A stretch of DNA of 58,969 nucleotides from Anaerolineales bacterium (GTDB lineage: Bacteria; Chloroflexota; Anaerolineae; Anaerolineales; E44-bin32). The DNA lies in assembly GCA_046759305.1 (NCBI GenBank), contig JBHIBY010000003.1, positions 1 through 58,969 on the forward strand, read 5' to 3'. Both the position numbers and the translations under genes were made by a program. The notes beneath the pieces are model-generated. The model saw only the letters and a list, made by a program, of their open reading frames with translations, did no database searches and was not told where the DNA came from. How positions within the stretch are numbered: position 1 is the stretch's first letter; each line of letters opens with the position of its first letter. Shown here piece after piece: positions 48,242-57,974 of the stretch.

Positions 48242-49510
48242 ATGGAAACAATACAGTCTGTTAGGGGAACACGAGATTTTTATCCGAACGACATGTCCTT
48301 TCGGCAATGGCTATACGCAAAGATAAGGTCAGCTTCGGAACGCTTCGGTTACCAAGAGTTCGATGGGCCCTTCTTGGAACGCTTGGATCTGTATGCCGCA
48401 AAGTCCGGCGAGGAACTGGTTAAAGAGCAGTCGTTCGTATTCGAAGATCGTGGGGGCGAGATGCTAGCGCTTCGCCCAGAACTGACCCCGTCTCTTGCAC
48501 GAATGGTGGCCACCAAAAGCAACAGCCTGTCACGGCCTATCCGTTGGTGGTCATTTGGCCCTTTTTGGCGCTACGAGCGCCCGCAGCGGGGCCGCTCACG
48601 TGAGTTCTTTCAGTGGAATATCGATCTGATCGGGATTGAATCCCCGGAGGCCGATGCTGAAGTTGTGGCGGCCGGAGCTGAGTTTCTGCGCGGTGTCGGA
48701 CTGTCCTCCGATGCAGTCCAGATTCTGGTCAACGACCGCAGGCTCGCAGAATCCCAGTTGAAGGCGATTGGAATTGATGCCGATCGGCAAGCTTTAGTAT
48801 TTCGACTCATCGATCGACGCGATCGTATGGCTACGGAAAAATGGACAGCTTGGGCACTTGATGAAGGACTGAACCGCAAGGAACTCGATGAGTTGCTTGC
48901 CATGTTCGAGCATCGAGAAGCCTGGCGCAGCTCGACCCCCCTTCAACGGTTCTTCGCAGCAGCCGATTCTCTTGGAGTTGGAGACTACGTTGCATATGAT
49001 CCAACCGTGATCCGCGGCCTAGACTATTACACGGGAACGGTTTTTGAAGCCAGGGCAGCAGAGGGCAATTACCGGGCGATCCTGGGAGGCGGCCGTTATG
49101 ACGACCTGGTGTCCGCAGTGGGTGGCGAACCAGTGCCGGCAACGGGATTCGCGATGGGTGATATGGTTATCCGTCTGGTACTTGAACAGTACAACGCCAT
49201 CCCGACCTTCGATTCGAGGCCGGCGGATATCCTGGTCACCACCTTTGATGAAGACGGCCTAATGGCTACGCTGAAACTGGCCACGGAATTCCGTAATTCA
49301 GGATTAGCAGTTGAGTGGTACCCGGCGGCAGAAAAACTTGCCAAGCAGTTGAAGTATGCCAACCGAGTGGAGGCTCGTGTCGTGGTGATTTTGGGACCCG
49401 ATGAGGTCGCGGCGGACACGGTCACCATTCGTGATATGTCATCCGGCGAGCAACAGACGGTTCCTCGCAGCGAGGCCGTTGCGTTTGCGAAAGGCTTGGT
49501 TATGGCCTAG
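48242..49510 (+). CDS. hisS: Histidine--tRNA ligase
   Basis: RGTRDF, LRPELT, RYERPQRGRSREFFQ, RGLDYYTG, GGGRYD. Confidence 0.97.
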   Translation: METIQSVRGTRDFYPNDMSFRQWLYAKIRSASERFGYQEFDGPFLERLDLYAAKSGEELVKEQSFVFEDRGGEMLALRPELTPSLARMVATKSNSLSRPIRWWSFGPFWRYERPQRGRSREFFQWNIDLIGIESPEADAEVVAAGAEFLRGVGLSSDAVQILVNDRRLAESQLKAIGIDADRQALVFRLIDRRDRMATEKWTAWALDEGLNRKELDELLAMFEHREAWRSSTPLQRFFAAADSLGVGDYVAYDPTVIRGLDYYTGTVFEARAAEGNYRAILGGGRYDDLVSAVGGEPVPATGFAMGDMVIRLVLEQYNAIPTFDSRPADILVTTFDEDGLMATLKLATEFRNSGLAVEWYPAAEKLAKQLKYANRVEARVVVILGPDEVAADTVTIRDMSSGEQQTVPRSEAVAFAKGLVMA

Positions 49511-49562
49511 GGCTGCCCTGGCTTGACGCTGTTTTGGACGCTTTGTAGAATACGTACGACGT

Positions 49563-49638
49563 GGCGAGCGTAGCTTAGCGGCAAAGCACCGCACTGTGGA
49601 TGCGGGGACCGCGGGTTCGAATCCCGTCGCTCGCCCCA
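49563..49638 (+). tRNA. tRNA-His(GTG)
   Basis: G-1, acceptor GCGAGCG/CGCTCGC, C discriminator plus CCA, anticodon arm CCGCA-CTGTGGA-TGCGG. Confidence 0.96.
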
Positions 49639-49677
49639 AAAAAAGCAGCGTTGATCAATATCAACGCCGCTTTTTTG
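49639..49677. terminator. Bidirectional terminator after tRNA-His
   Basis: AAAAAAGCAGCGTTGAT-caat-ATCAACGCCGCTTTTTT. Confidence 0.8.
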
Positions 49678-49703
49678 TCTATCGCTTCCTCATTTTGATC
49701 GAT

Positions 49704-49976
49704 TTATTCGATCAGATTATTGCGCTCCATGCACTCATACAGCAGGTTGTTCGCTTGGATATACCGTAATCGAGCCTGCAGCTCTCGCTCGTGTGCCTCC
49801 TGCATTTGTCTGAAAAAACCGGGGTGAAGGGGCTCGACTTGCACCGCGGATCCCGATGACATGCCAACCAGGTATTCGCGAGTGGCTTCCGCCGCCTCTA
49901 CCCATTCGTCGATCGCCTTGCGTAGAGTCGCGGCCTCCTCATCGCATGGTGACTTCATCTCAATTGTTTCAGGCAT
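49704..49976 (-). CDS. Small helical hypothetical protein
   Basis: GAGG RBS before ATG at 49976; ORF runs into the bidirectional terminator. Confidence 0.6.
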   Translation of the reverse strand: MPETIEMKSPCDEEAATLRKAIDEWVEAAEATREYLVGMSSGSAVQVEPLHPGFFRQMQEAHERELQARLRYIQANNLLYECMERNNLIE

Positions 49977-50042
49977 TAGCACCTCATTCTATGCCGAAGC
50001 AGACCTCAAGCAAACTCCAAAGGTATACTTCAGCGGATTCGC

Positions 50043-50906
50043 ATGTTGTCTAGCTCCGTTCGCAGAGATCGCGCTCTCCTGGTAGCCATCGTCATCGTAA
50101 CCCTGATGGCGGTCACCATTCTCGCAAGCGGTCTATCATCCGTCGAAATAAAGAGCAGTCGACAACTGAGCTTCGATGCTGTCCAGCAAGCCGCAGACCT
50201 AGCAAATCTAACTATGCCCTCCTCCGCAGTGTCGGCGCTTTCCTTTCTAGCGGGCCTTCTACGCGTAGTAATGCTGTTGCTACTTCCATTCTCAGTCTAC
50301 TACTTCGTGAAGTCACCGAATGCGCGGAAGCGAGTGTTGGTGCAGCTTGTTTACCTTGTCGGCTTTGCGTATTTGATCTTAGCGCTCTCAAAATCCCTTG
50401 GTCAAGCTCCAGACCAACCCGGCTTTGCGCGCCCACCGGTTGACCCGGCCGCCGTACCACCGCCGGGGATCTTCTCGACTATCACGGATACGCCGAGCTG
50501 GGTTTTTTTCATCACAAGTGCAGCTATCACCCTTCTAATAGCCGCTATTGCAATTCAGGTCTATCGCAGAATGCTGGCACCCGATAAGCAAGAATATAGC
50601 GCTGAAGTCGAGGCTCGCCGGGCGCTAGATGCTCTTGAACGCGGGGCCGATCTTGAAGGCGTAATCTTCCGCACCTACCGCCGTCTATGTGCCGTCTCTT
50701 CGGATCGCTTCGGATTGCGCCGCCACCGAGCCATGACACCTATGGAATACGAAGGTGCGCTCGCCAGATCAGGGGTTCCTGAATCACCGCTTGCTCGCCT
50801 GACGCGCCTGTTTGAGAGAGCACGCTATGGTTCTGCAGCTTTGAGCAGCGAAGATGAACAGGAAGCCATTGCCGCCTTGCGAATGATCCTTGGGGAGGAA
50901 AGCTGA
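50043..50906 (+). CDS. DUF4129-domain membrane protein
   Basis: TM helices; C-terminal MTPMEY...LTRLFERARYG. Confidence 0.8.
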   Translation: MLSSSVRRDRALLVAIVIVTLMAVTILASGLSSVEIKSSRQLSFDAVQQAADLANLTMPSSAVSALSFLAGLLRVVMLLLLPFSVYYFVKSPNARKRVLVQLVYLVGFAYLILALSKSLGQAPDQPGFARPPVDPAAVPPPGIFSTITDTPSWVFFITSAAITLLIAAIAIQVYRRMLAPDKQEYSAEVEARRALDALERGADLEGVIFRTYRRLCAVSSDRFGLRRHRAMTPMEYEGALARSGVPESPLARLTRLFERARYGSAALSSEDEQEAIAALRMILGEES

Positions 50907-50920
50907 CAGCACGTAGAGCG

Positions 50921-51427
50921 GTGCTGGGTATCGTCGCCCTGCTGCTGGCCGCATGGCTGGTCAATCTCGCGCTGGTTCAGTATCTGGGCGAACCCGTGAG
51001 TCGACTCTATCGAGCATTCCAGCGATTTGTGGAACTTGCTCCGCAGGATTGGATCTGGGCCGCCTTAATCGCTTTAGTTGTACTCATCGCGCTTCGGAAT
51101 TTACCTACCCGCCGAGAAAGGATGCGACCGGCCGATCAACAAGCGCCGTTTCAAGCGGAAAGCTTGGAGTCCTGGCTGACTCTGCTCCAGGATCAAAGCC
51201 GCGGCGAGTACTTCAGATGGAGACTCGCCAGCAGGTTGGCCGACCTCGAATCTCGTGTCTCAAGTTCCCAATATGCCCACGCGACTCCTCAAATCCGGGA
51301 TTATTTGCAGAGGGGCCGTGATCGGCGAACGATACGACCTCGTAAGGCATTGACCATCCATTCTCCCAATATTGAGGCTGTAATTTCCTATTTAGAGCGA
51401 AGTTTGGAGGTCCAACATGAAGGCTGA
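50921..51427 (+). CDS. Membrane protein of the MoxR cluster
   Basis: Two N-terminal TM helices; overlaps the MoxR gene. Confidence 0.65.
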   Translation: MLGIVALLLAAWLVNLALVQYLGEPVSRLYRAFQRFVELAPQDWIWAALIALVVLIALRNLPTRRERMRPADQQAPFQAESLESWLTLLQDQSRGEYFRWRLASRLADLESRVSSSQYAHATPQIRDYLQRGRDRRTIRPRKALTIHSPNIEAVISYLERSLEVQHEG

Positions 51428-52379
51428 TGTCGATCTGTTGGGCCGGCTATCCAGCTCGGTCATTGAGGAAGTGGAAGGTGCGATCATCGGCAAGAACGAA
51501 GTTCTCAAGCAGGTTTTCGCCGCCTTCCTGGTAGGCGGGCATGTGTTGATCGAGGATTTTCCCGGGTTGGGTAAAACCGTCATGGCCAAGAGTTTTGCCC
51601 GATCGCTAGGCTTGGAGTTCAAACGCATTCAATTCACTCCCGACCTGCTCCCAGCGGATATCACCGGTTCCTATGTCTTGAACCGAGAAAGCGGAACGCT
51701 GGATCTTCAGCGCGGTCCGATCTTTGCCAACATACTGCTGGCGGATGAAATTAATCGCGCCTCCCCCAAGACCCAATCAGCGCTGCTAGAAGCGATGCAG
51801 GAACGACAGGTCACGCTCGAGGGAGAGACTCTTCCCCTGCCAGAGCCGTTCATCGTGATAGCTACTCAAAATCCGATCGAGTATGAAGGCACCTTCCCCC
51901 TACCAGAAGCGCAACTGGATCGATTCGTGCTAAAGGTGAGCGTTGGCTATCCCACTCTTGATGAGGAGCATCTCATTCTGGCGCGAAGGCGTGAGCGTAA
52001 AACTGAGGCGGTTGAGATCTCGCAAATAGCTAGTGCGGAGGATTTGATGCGGGCTCGTGCTGCAGCTGAAGCCATCCATGTCGACCCCGATATCGAGCGC
52101 TACATTGTTCAAATCGTAATCGCCACGCGCAATGACAAACGAGTCGCGGTGGGCGCAAGTCCCAGAGGCTCACTGGCTCTGATGAATCTCTCTCGCGCCT
52201 GGGCCGGGATTCTCGGGAGGGCCTTTGTGCTTCCAGACGATGTGAAGCAGCTTGCCAGCCCTGCGCTGGTGCACCGGCTATTGCTCCAACCAGAGCACTG
52301 GATGGAGCGGGATGCCGCAGCTGATGTGCTCGCAACCGCACTGGCTTCCACACCCGTGCCAGTATTAGAAGGCGCGTGA
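51417..52379 (+). CDS. MoxR family AAA+ ATPase
   Basis: PGLGKT, RIQFTPDLLPADITG, LADEINRA, NPIEYEGTFPLPEAQLDRF. Confidence 0.95.
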   Translation: MKADVDLLGRLSSSVIEEVEGAIIGKNEVLKQVFAAFLVGGHVLIEDFPGLGKTVMAKSFARSLGLEFKRIQFTPDLLPADITGSYVLNRESGTLDLQRGPIFANILLADEINRASPKTQSALLEAMQERQVTLEGETLPLPEPFIVIATQNPIEYEGTFPLPEAQLDRFVLKVSVGYPTLDEEHLILARRRERKTEAVEISQIASAEDLMRARAAAEAIHVDPDIERYIVQIVIATRNDKRVAVGASPRGSLALMNLSRAWAGILGRAFVLPDDVKQLASPALVHRLLLQPEHWMERDAAADVLATALASTPVPVLEGA

Positions 52380-53665
52380 AGCGCTCCTCATTCCTTATCT
52401 TCCTAATCTTCGTACTTATGGCCGCCGGGTTGGCGCTCCGGGATGGCTCGATTGTGGCTCTCTCGCTTCCCCTGATCGCGTACCTGGCGGTGGGATTGCT
52501 TCAATTCCCGCGCTCGCCAAAGCTCGACGCTTTGGCTCAATTAGCGCAGTCGAGTGCCACGGAGGGCGCCACTATCGAAGTTAATATTCGAGTAGATAAT
52601 TCCGGAGCTGAGCTAGACCTCATAGCAATCCACGATCATGTACCCGTTGGATTATCTGTCGCCACGGGAGCTTCTTCCGCACTTGGAAAATTATCAGAAG
52701 GCAGGAGTTACGAATTTTCTTACTCAGTTCGGTCAACAAGAGGCTTGTACCGATTTGAGAATGTTGAGTTTTCCACTTCAGATCCACTGGCCCTATTCCG
52801 TCGGATAGACCGCCGTCCAACCGCGCGATCGCTCCTTGTCCGCCCGAATCTCCGCCGACTACGCCATGTGGAGCTCCAACCTTACAGAACCGGTGTTCAT
52901 GCAGGGCTCTATCGTGCACGGCGCGGTGGTCCCGGCATTGAATTTCACGGAGTGCGGCCGTACATGCCGGGGGACGCTCGTCGGTGGATCAATTGGAAGA
53001 TTAGCGCTCGCCACCGCGAGACGCTATTCATCAATGAATTCGAGCAAGAACGCGCGGTGGAGATCGGGATCATCGTTGATACCAGATCTAGAAGCAACAT
53101 CGTTGCGGATGGCCGCTCGTCATTTTCGTCGTCAATTCAAGCGGCTGCCTCTCTGAGTGATTTGTTTTTAGCTCAGGCGAACCGTGTGGGGGTCATGCTG
53201 TACGGAAGCCACCTCGATTGGACGGTGCCCGGATACGGCCGAATTCAGAGAGAGCGCATCCTGCGTGCTCTCGCCAGGGCACGTGTCGGCCACAGTCAGA
53301 TTTTCAACCGCATGAAGAATCTGCCGACTCGCCTTTTCCCGCCCCAGTCACAGCTAATCTTTATCAGCCCGGTGCTCAAGGAGGATGTAGCGTTCTTACA
53401 AATACTGCGCGCGCGCCGTTATCCGATCCTGGTAGTGAGTCCAGACCGGATATCCGCTGAAGCTGAGTTATTGAAGACCGAACCTGAAATCGATTTGGCG
53501 GTACGACTCGCTCGCCTGGAGCAAGCCTTGATTACACGCAGCCTTGCACATGTGGGGATCCAACGTGTGGTTTGGGACATCTCACAACCACTGGAACTCG
53601 CGATCGAGATGCAGGCCGCAAGGCCGCGCAGATGGATGCGTGCAGTCGGAGCACGGTACCCGTGA
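52376..53665 (+). CDS. DUF58 family protein
   Basis: EFHGVRPYMPGD..RWINWK.SAR motif; follows MoxR. Confidence 0.88.
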   Translation: MKRSSFLIFLIFVLMAAGLALRDGSIVALSLPLIAYLAVGLLQFPRSPKLDALAQLAQSSATEGATIEVNIRVDNSGAELDLIAIHDHVPVGLSVATGASSALGKLSEGRSYEFSYSVRSTRGLYRFENVEFSTSDPLALFRRIDRRPTARSLLVRPNLRRLRHVELQPYRTGVHAGLYRARRGGPGIEFHGVRPYMPGDARRWINWKISARHRETLFINEFEQERAVEIGIIVDTRSRSNIVADGRSSFSSSIQAAASLSDLFLAQANRVGVMLYGSHLDWTVPGYGRIQRERILRALARARVGHSQIFNRMKNLPTRLFPPQSQLIFISPVLKEDVAFLQILRARRYPILVVSPDRISAEAELLKTEPEIDLAVRLARLEQALITRSLAHVGIQRVVWDISQPLELAIEMQAARPRRWMRAVGARYP

Positions 53666-54141
53666 GCGGCCCCTCCCGCCTGGCGTTTGTGATATCAGCA
53701 GGGGCCCCTGCCGCTGCACTCGTTCTAGAGCAGCAATGGCTGTGGGTGCTCGCGCTCGTAGCCAACGCTCCCCTAGGGGTTATCGCACGCAGGCGCGGCG
53801 GCTGGATATCAGCCTGGCTGGTAGCGCAGATCGCAATTTCGGCACTGAGCGGCATACATGCCCTTCTAGCTTTAGGGGCAACGCTTGCCGGATTGGCCTA
53901 TTGGGACCTGGCAGCTCATTATCAAAGACTTGAGGGAACTGAACAGATATTCAACTATAGGTCACTGGTGAGGAGCCATAATCGCAGCCTGATGACTGCA
54001 CTGGCCATGGGAAGCTTGATGGGTGGTGTTGCGATTGGGATACCGCTGCAGCTTAGCTTCGTAGCTGCTGTATTCCTGGACCTGCTTGCGCTAGCCGGAA
54101 TCGCGACTTTAGCCCGTCGGGCGCGTTCTGTCTCTAACTAG
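53662..54141 (+). CDS. Membrane protein
   Basis: GTGA overlap with the DUF58 stop; several TM helices. Confidence 0.6.
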   Translation: MSGPSRLAFVISAGAPAAALVLEQQWLWVLALVANAPLGVIARRRGGWISAWLVAQIAISALSGIHALLALGATLAGLAYWDLAAHYQRLEGTEQIFNYRSLVRSHNRSLMTALAMGSLMGGVAIGIPLQLSFVAAVFLDLLALAGIATLARRARSVSN

Positions 54142-54697
54142 CGGGGAATTCGTAGAGCCATAGACGATTCGAATTGAGCGGACGGTCGGCAACCATTCGC
54201 CACACTCGGTCCGCTTCGAGATCAAAGAAAATTCCAGCGGTTAGCGCAGATAGCTCGTAGGTCTCCATCTTTGTCCGACCGCGGGTTGCGAGCCGAAATT
54301 CCGAAGGGAGCGGGCCGGTTTTTGTTCGCCTCGGAGGAGCTCTTAGAAGCTTCTTCACCTGGTTTGGCTGAACCGGAGAGAACATCAAGTAGCCCCCATC
54401 TGAGGCAGTAACTACGATTGCCTCGGGATTGTCTAACACTTTCGCGATCGCACGCAATTCCCAGATACTTCCGGTAGCCTTGCGCGCAGTGTCATTGAAC
54501 CATGCAAGCGGGTCGATGATATGGATTTCACGGGAGGCCGTCTCTCGCTTGATCTCCAAATCTCCCAGTGCCCAACTTCGCAAATCGTCTCTAAGCTGCT
54601 CAATTGCCTTGCGCTGCCGCTCATTACCTATCGAGATCAAGACTCCCACCACGACTACCGCGGCTAATACGCTAACGGCAAGAACGACTTCAAGCAT
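54134..54697 (-). CDS. Membrane-anchored hypothetical protein
   Basis: N-terminal TM plus short coiled coil; start overlaps the upstream stop. Confidence 0.7.
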   Translation of the reverse strand: MLEVVLAVSVLAAVVVVGVLISIGNERQRKAIEQLRDDLRSWALGDLEIKRETASREIHIIDPLAWFNDTARKATGSIWELRAIAKVLDNPEAIVVTASDGGYLMFSPVQPNQVKKLLRAPPRRTKTGPLPSEFRLATRGRTKMETYELSALTAGIFFDLEADRVWRMVADRPLNSNRLWLYEFPAS

Positions 54698-56666
54698 CCT
54701 CAGCCCCATTCTGGAGGGAACTCCTGATCACCATAATGTCATCATGAAGGTTTTTGAGCGCCTCAGGTCGAGGATCGGAGATTTTGGCGAGGCCAACCGC
54801 CGACAATAGTCCGATCCAGGCAATTGCGGGCCAGATCCAGGGTAGCGGGCGGATTGTCTCGTCCTCAGCTTCCGTTTCAGAACCAGCTGAGCTCGAGTTG
54901 CCGGAGTTCGCCTGAGCGGGCTCTGCCGGCGCAGCCGCGGAAGCGGCTTCTCGCTCGGCTTCTGGAACGACGATATGCCCAGAATCGCTCCCGATGTTGC
55001 CGACAAGATCCCAAGCGACAACTATGACTGGATATTTTCCAGGCGCTGCTTGCGTGCCGTCTTCCAAAAGGCCGTCCCAGCTCACTACTTCTGGGACAGT
55101 CTCTTCGCCGTACTCTCGGATCACCAGAATGGTTTCACCGCTGCGGATCACTACTTCGACCCCATCGAGCCCAATTCCTCCCTCCTCAACGATCAATGTG
55201 CCTTGCTCACTGACCAGCCAGCTTTCCGGAATCTCAACATATGGCGGCTCGTTATCGATTCGCAGCGTGACCTTGGCAGAGGATTCGCGATTGCCGGCTA
55301 CGTCACTTGCTCGGCCCAGAATTTCGTAAGTTCCATTTGGAAGCCCCGTTGAATCCCATGAGGCGCGCCAGTCACCACTAGATTGTTCCAATGGGTTCCA
55401 GCTCTCCCCCCCGTCGTAAGATATCTCGACTGCTAGCAGGCCTGATGTTTGGTCGCTGCTGCGACCTATCAATGGGATAACGCCGGACACCCAGGTCTCA
55501 GAACCGTCTGGGGGGTTGATAAAGGCCGATTCGGGTGGATGCGTATCGATCTTGATTGTCGGTCCGTCTTCGACTGTCTCGTTGCCGGCAATGTCTTGTG
55601 CTCGGTATCGAGGCTGGTGGGACCCATCGGTTGAAATCACAAGCGGTCCTGATTGCCACCCCCCCGCTCCGCTGCTCACTTCGACTCTTGCTATTCGCGA
55701 GAGATTGTCGGAGGCCGAAGCGAAGACGCTAACTGGTGATATGTACCAGCCATCTCTGCCCTTCGTGCCGCTAAGTTCCGGGTTTAAGCTGGGCGCTGTA
55801 CCGTCTATGCGGATCTCAGCCGAATCGGTCGACTGGTTTCCAGCTCCATCGACAACGCGGCCGGTGACGCTGTGAACACCATCGCCGCTCACTTGAGCGC
55901 TACTGGCCCAACCGCCGCCATCGACGGACACCTCGGCTGTCGCCACACCGGATATTCCATCGACGCCGCTCACCTGGACATCGAGTGTCCCGCCTCGATA
56001 CCAGCCACCGCCACCTGCCGTTCCGCCACTTACGCTGAGATTGATGCTCGGCGGGCTGCCATCCACCTTCCATTCGGAGGAAGCCTTATCACTTGTATCG
56101 CCATAGGAGGAGAGAGCCCAATATTCGATGGTAAAGTTACCCTCCCCAGCACCGGAATAGGAGCAAGCAAGGGTAGAAGAGCCGGATGGCCCACACAACA
56201 AGCCGCCGGGATTGCCCTCGATACCGTCGACGGACTCACCATATAGTGGTTCGTTGGCACTGAGCTCCAGGGAGGCTCCACTCCGACACCATCCATTGTC
56301 ACCGGGGTTTGAGCAGCTCTCGGATCCTCCCACGGTAGCGGGAGGCAAATTAACTGTTTGGGTCGTGTAGGATTTGTTACAGCCGCAGGTATCGGCGGGC
56401 AAACCGCCAAAGCACGCCTGCTGAGCGCCAATGCTGGGGTGAGATCCGCCAGCATCCAGACAGGGATTGATACCGGGCTTGAAATTGCATGTCGGAAAGC
56501 CTGCCCTTTTACAGTACCAGTAATCGCCATCCGGATCGCGAACATCTTTAGTCGTGGTCCGATTGGGTCCCGTGAATCCAGCCCAGGCAGCCGCGACAAC
56601 GGCCACCGACGACAGTATGCCCAAGAGGAAGCCGTTCCAAAGGCTTCTACGTACGATAATTGTCAA
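54690..56666 (-). CDS. Secreted surface protein: Cys-rich N-terminus, Ig-like repeats, C-terminal TM anchor
   Basis: Signal peptide; repeated GWY...D..SG...VEVS..GG.W...D.AGN modules; WDG...GKY FlgD-like Ig segment; terminal TM. Confidence 0.75.
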   Translation of the reverse strand: MTIIVRRSLWNGFLLGILSSVAVVAAAWAGFTGPNRTTTKDVRDPDGDYWYCKRAGFPTCNFKPGINPCLDAGGSHPSIGAQQACFGGLPADTCGCNKSYTTQTVNLPPATVGGSESCSNPGDNGWCRSGASLELSANEPLYGESVDGIEGNPGGLLCGPSGSSTLACSYSGAGEGNFTIEYWALSSYGDTSDKASSEWKVDGSPPSINLSVSGGTAGGGGWYRGGTLDVQVSGVDGISGVATAEVSVDGGGWASSAQVSGDGVHSVTGRVVDGAGNQSTDSAEIRIDGTAPSLNPELSGTKGRDGWYISPVSVFASASDNLSRIARVEVSSGAGGWQSGPLVISTDGSHQPRYRAQDIAGNETVEDGPTIKIDTHPPESAFINPPDGSETWVSGVIPLIGRSSDQTSGLLAVEISYDGGESWNPLEQSSGDWRASWDSTGLPNGTYEILGRASDVAGNRESSAKVTLRIDNEPPYVEIPESWLVSEQGTLIVEEGGIGLDGVEVVIRSGETILVIREYGEETVPEVVSWDGLLEDGTQAAPGKYPVIVVAWDLVGNIGSDSGHIVVPEAEREAASAAAPAEPAQANSGNSSSAGSETEAEDETIRPLPWIWPAIAWIGLLSAVGLAKISDPRPEALKNLHDDIMVIRSSLQNGAEDA

Positions 56667-56780
56667 AATCCTTCGGGTAGTGCCGGAGTACTATATAAAG
56701 GTCAGAATACGGGGTCGAATGCAACAGGACCCCGGTACTACTAACAGAAGAATAGCAGAATAGTTACGGGGGAGCCAAGA

Positions 56781-57974
56781 GTGGAAATCAGGTTTGCTGT
56801 CATCCTGCTGCTTAGTGGAGCTATTACGGGATGTGCAAGCGATCAGGCAAGCGCTCTAGCGACGATTCCAGCTGCACCGGCTGCGATCGCGAGCATCGCA
56901 GCCGAGACTCTGCCCCTCGAGGTTCGCTCAACTCAAGCGCCAATCGAACCTCTACCCACGAGCCCGATCCTTACAGAGCCCACGACACCGTTCCTACCTG
57001 AGCCTTCAGCGCCGATCCCTTCTGAATCGCCGGGACTATTGGGGGCCGGGGAGCTGCATCTTCAAGTCGAGATACCGATCGTTCGCAGCGATTTTGGTGT
57101 GCGCTTCGCCTTTTCGCCAACTGAAGAAGTGTTGCTGCACTCGGGCAGCGGTCTTCAGATTCAGCGTGTTGACTGGGGAAACAGTCAGAGTCTTGATGCG
57201 ATAACCGGCTTTGAAAACTTTCCCCCGATAACCATCTCGTTGTCCCCGGACGGATCCACTATTGTGGCGGACGACGGACCCCTCATTCGGGTTTGGGATT
57301 TACAGAGCGGAGCTCCGATAGAGCAGCTCCAGCTGTCTCCTATTTCGACCATCATAGACGCCGGCTTCCAGGCTGACGATGTGTATTTTGCCGTGGACTT
57401 CTACGGGAATGTGGCTTTGTGGGACCCGAACGGTTGGGACGAGATTACGCGCTTCAGCTCGCCTGGCCGAATTGATTCGGGTCTGCTTTTTCCTGGTGGG
57501 CAGTCGGTGGCTTTGCAGGATCGAAATCGAAACGAGATCCTGATCTTGGATCTTTCCGGCCAGAGCCTAGGATCAGTACCGATTCAGGATCAGTTCGCGA
57601 ATTTGCTCTTCGGATCGCCACAAGCTGATCGTATTTTGATGCACATAAATCGCGGGCTGCCATCCGAAGGCGTCAAGATCATCAGTGTGGAGACTGGAGA
57701 GCCCGAGCTTGAGCTTCCACTTCTGAACTACCGTTACTTCGCAGTCTCAAATGGGTGGGAAGTATTGGCCGCTATGGACGTGTTCAATCGGTTGCGGATT
57801 TACAGTCTCCCTGACGGAGAGCTCTTGCTGGAGCAGGAACTAGAAGGGGTCGTCCGGACGCTTGGTCTAACGATGTCACCAAGCGCCACTCATCTGGCAG
57901 CCTACGTGTTGAAGGGGCCCGGCGAGGGCGGAGCAATTCAGGTCTGGGGAGTTACCGAAACCAACGAATCCTAG
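56781..57974 (+). CDS. WD40/beta-propeller lipoprotein
   Basis: Lipobox ITGC, Pro-rich linker, SPDG and IRVWD repeats. Confidence 0.78.
   Translation: MEIRFAVILLLSGAITGCASDQASALATIPAAPAAIASIAAETLPLEVRSTQAPIEPLPTSPILTEPTTPFLPEPSAPIPSESPGLLGAGELHLQVEIPIVRSDFGVRFAFSPTEEVLLHSGSGLQIQRVDWGNSQSLDAITGFENFPPITISLSPDGSTIVADDGPLIRVWDLQSGAPIEQLQLSPISTIIDAGFQADDVYFAVDFYGNVALWDPNGWDEITRFSSPGRIDSGLLFPGGQSVALQDRNRNEILILDLSGQSLGSVPIQDQFANLLFGSPQADRILMHINRGLPSEGVKIISVETGEPELELPLLNYRYFAVSNGWEVLAAMDVFNRLRIYSLPDGELLLEQELEGVVRTLGLTMSPSATHLAAYVLKGPGEGGAIQVWGVTETNES

Noticed and set aside
48307-48320. ATGGCTATACGCAA match to the 15-bp motif inside hisS
   Set aside because: Within coding sequence (WLYA) and far from the other copies; probably chance
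50043-54141. DUF4129-MoxR-DUF58 cluster as a novel system
   Set aside because: Common, previously recognised gene arrangement
56677-56741. Imperfect inverted repeat GTAGTGCCGGAGT...ACCCCGGTACTAC between divergent genes
   Set aside because: Two mismatches in 13 bp, single occurrence, no matching RNA family recognised
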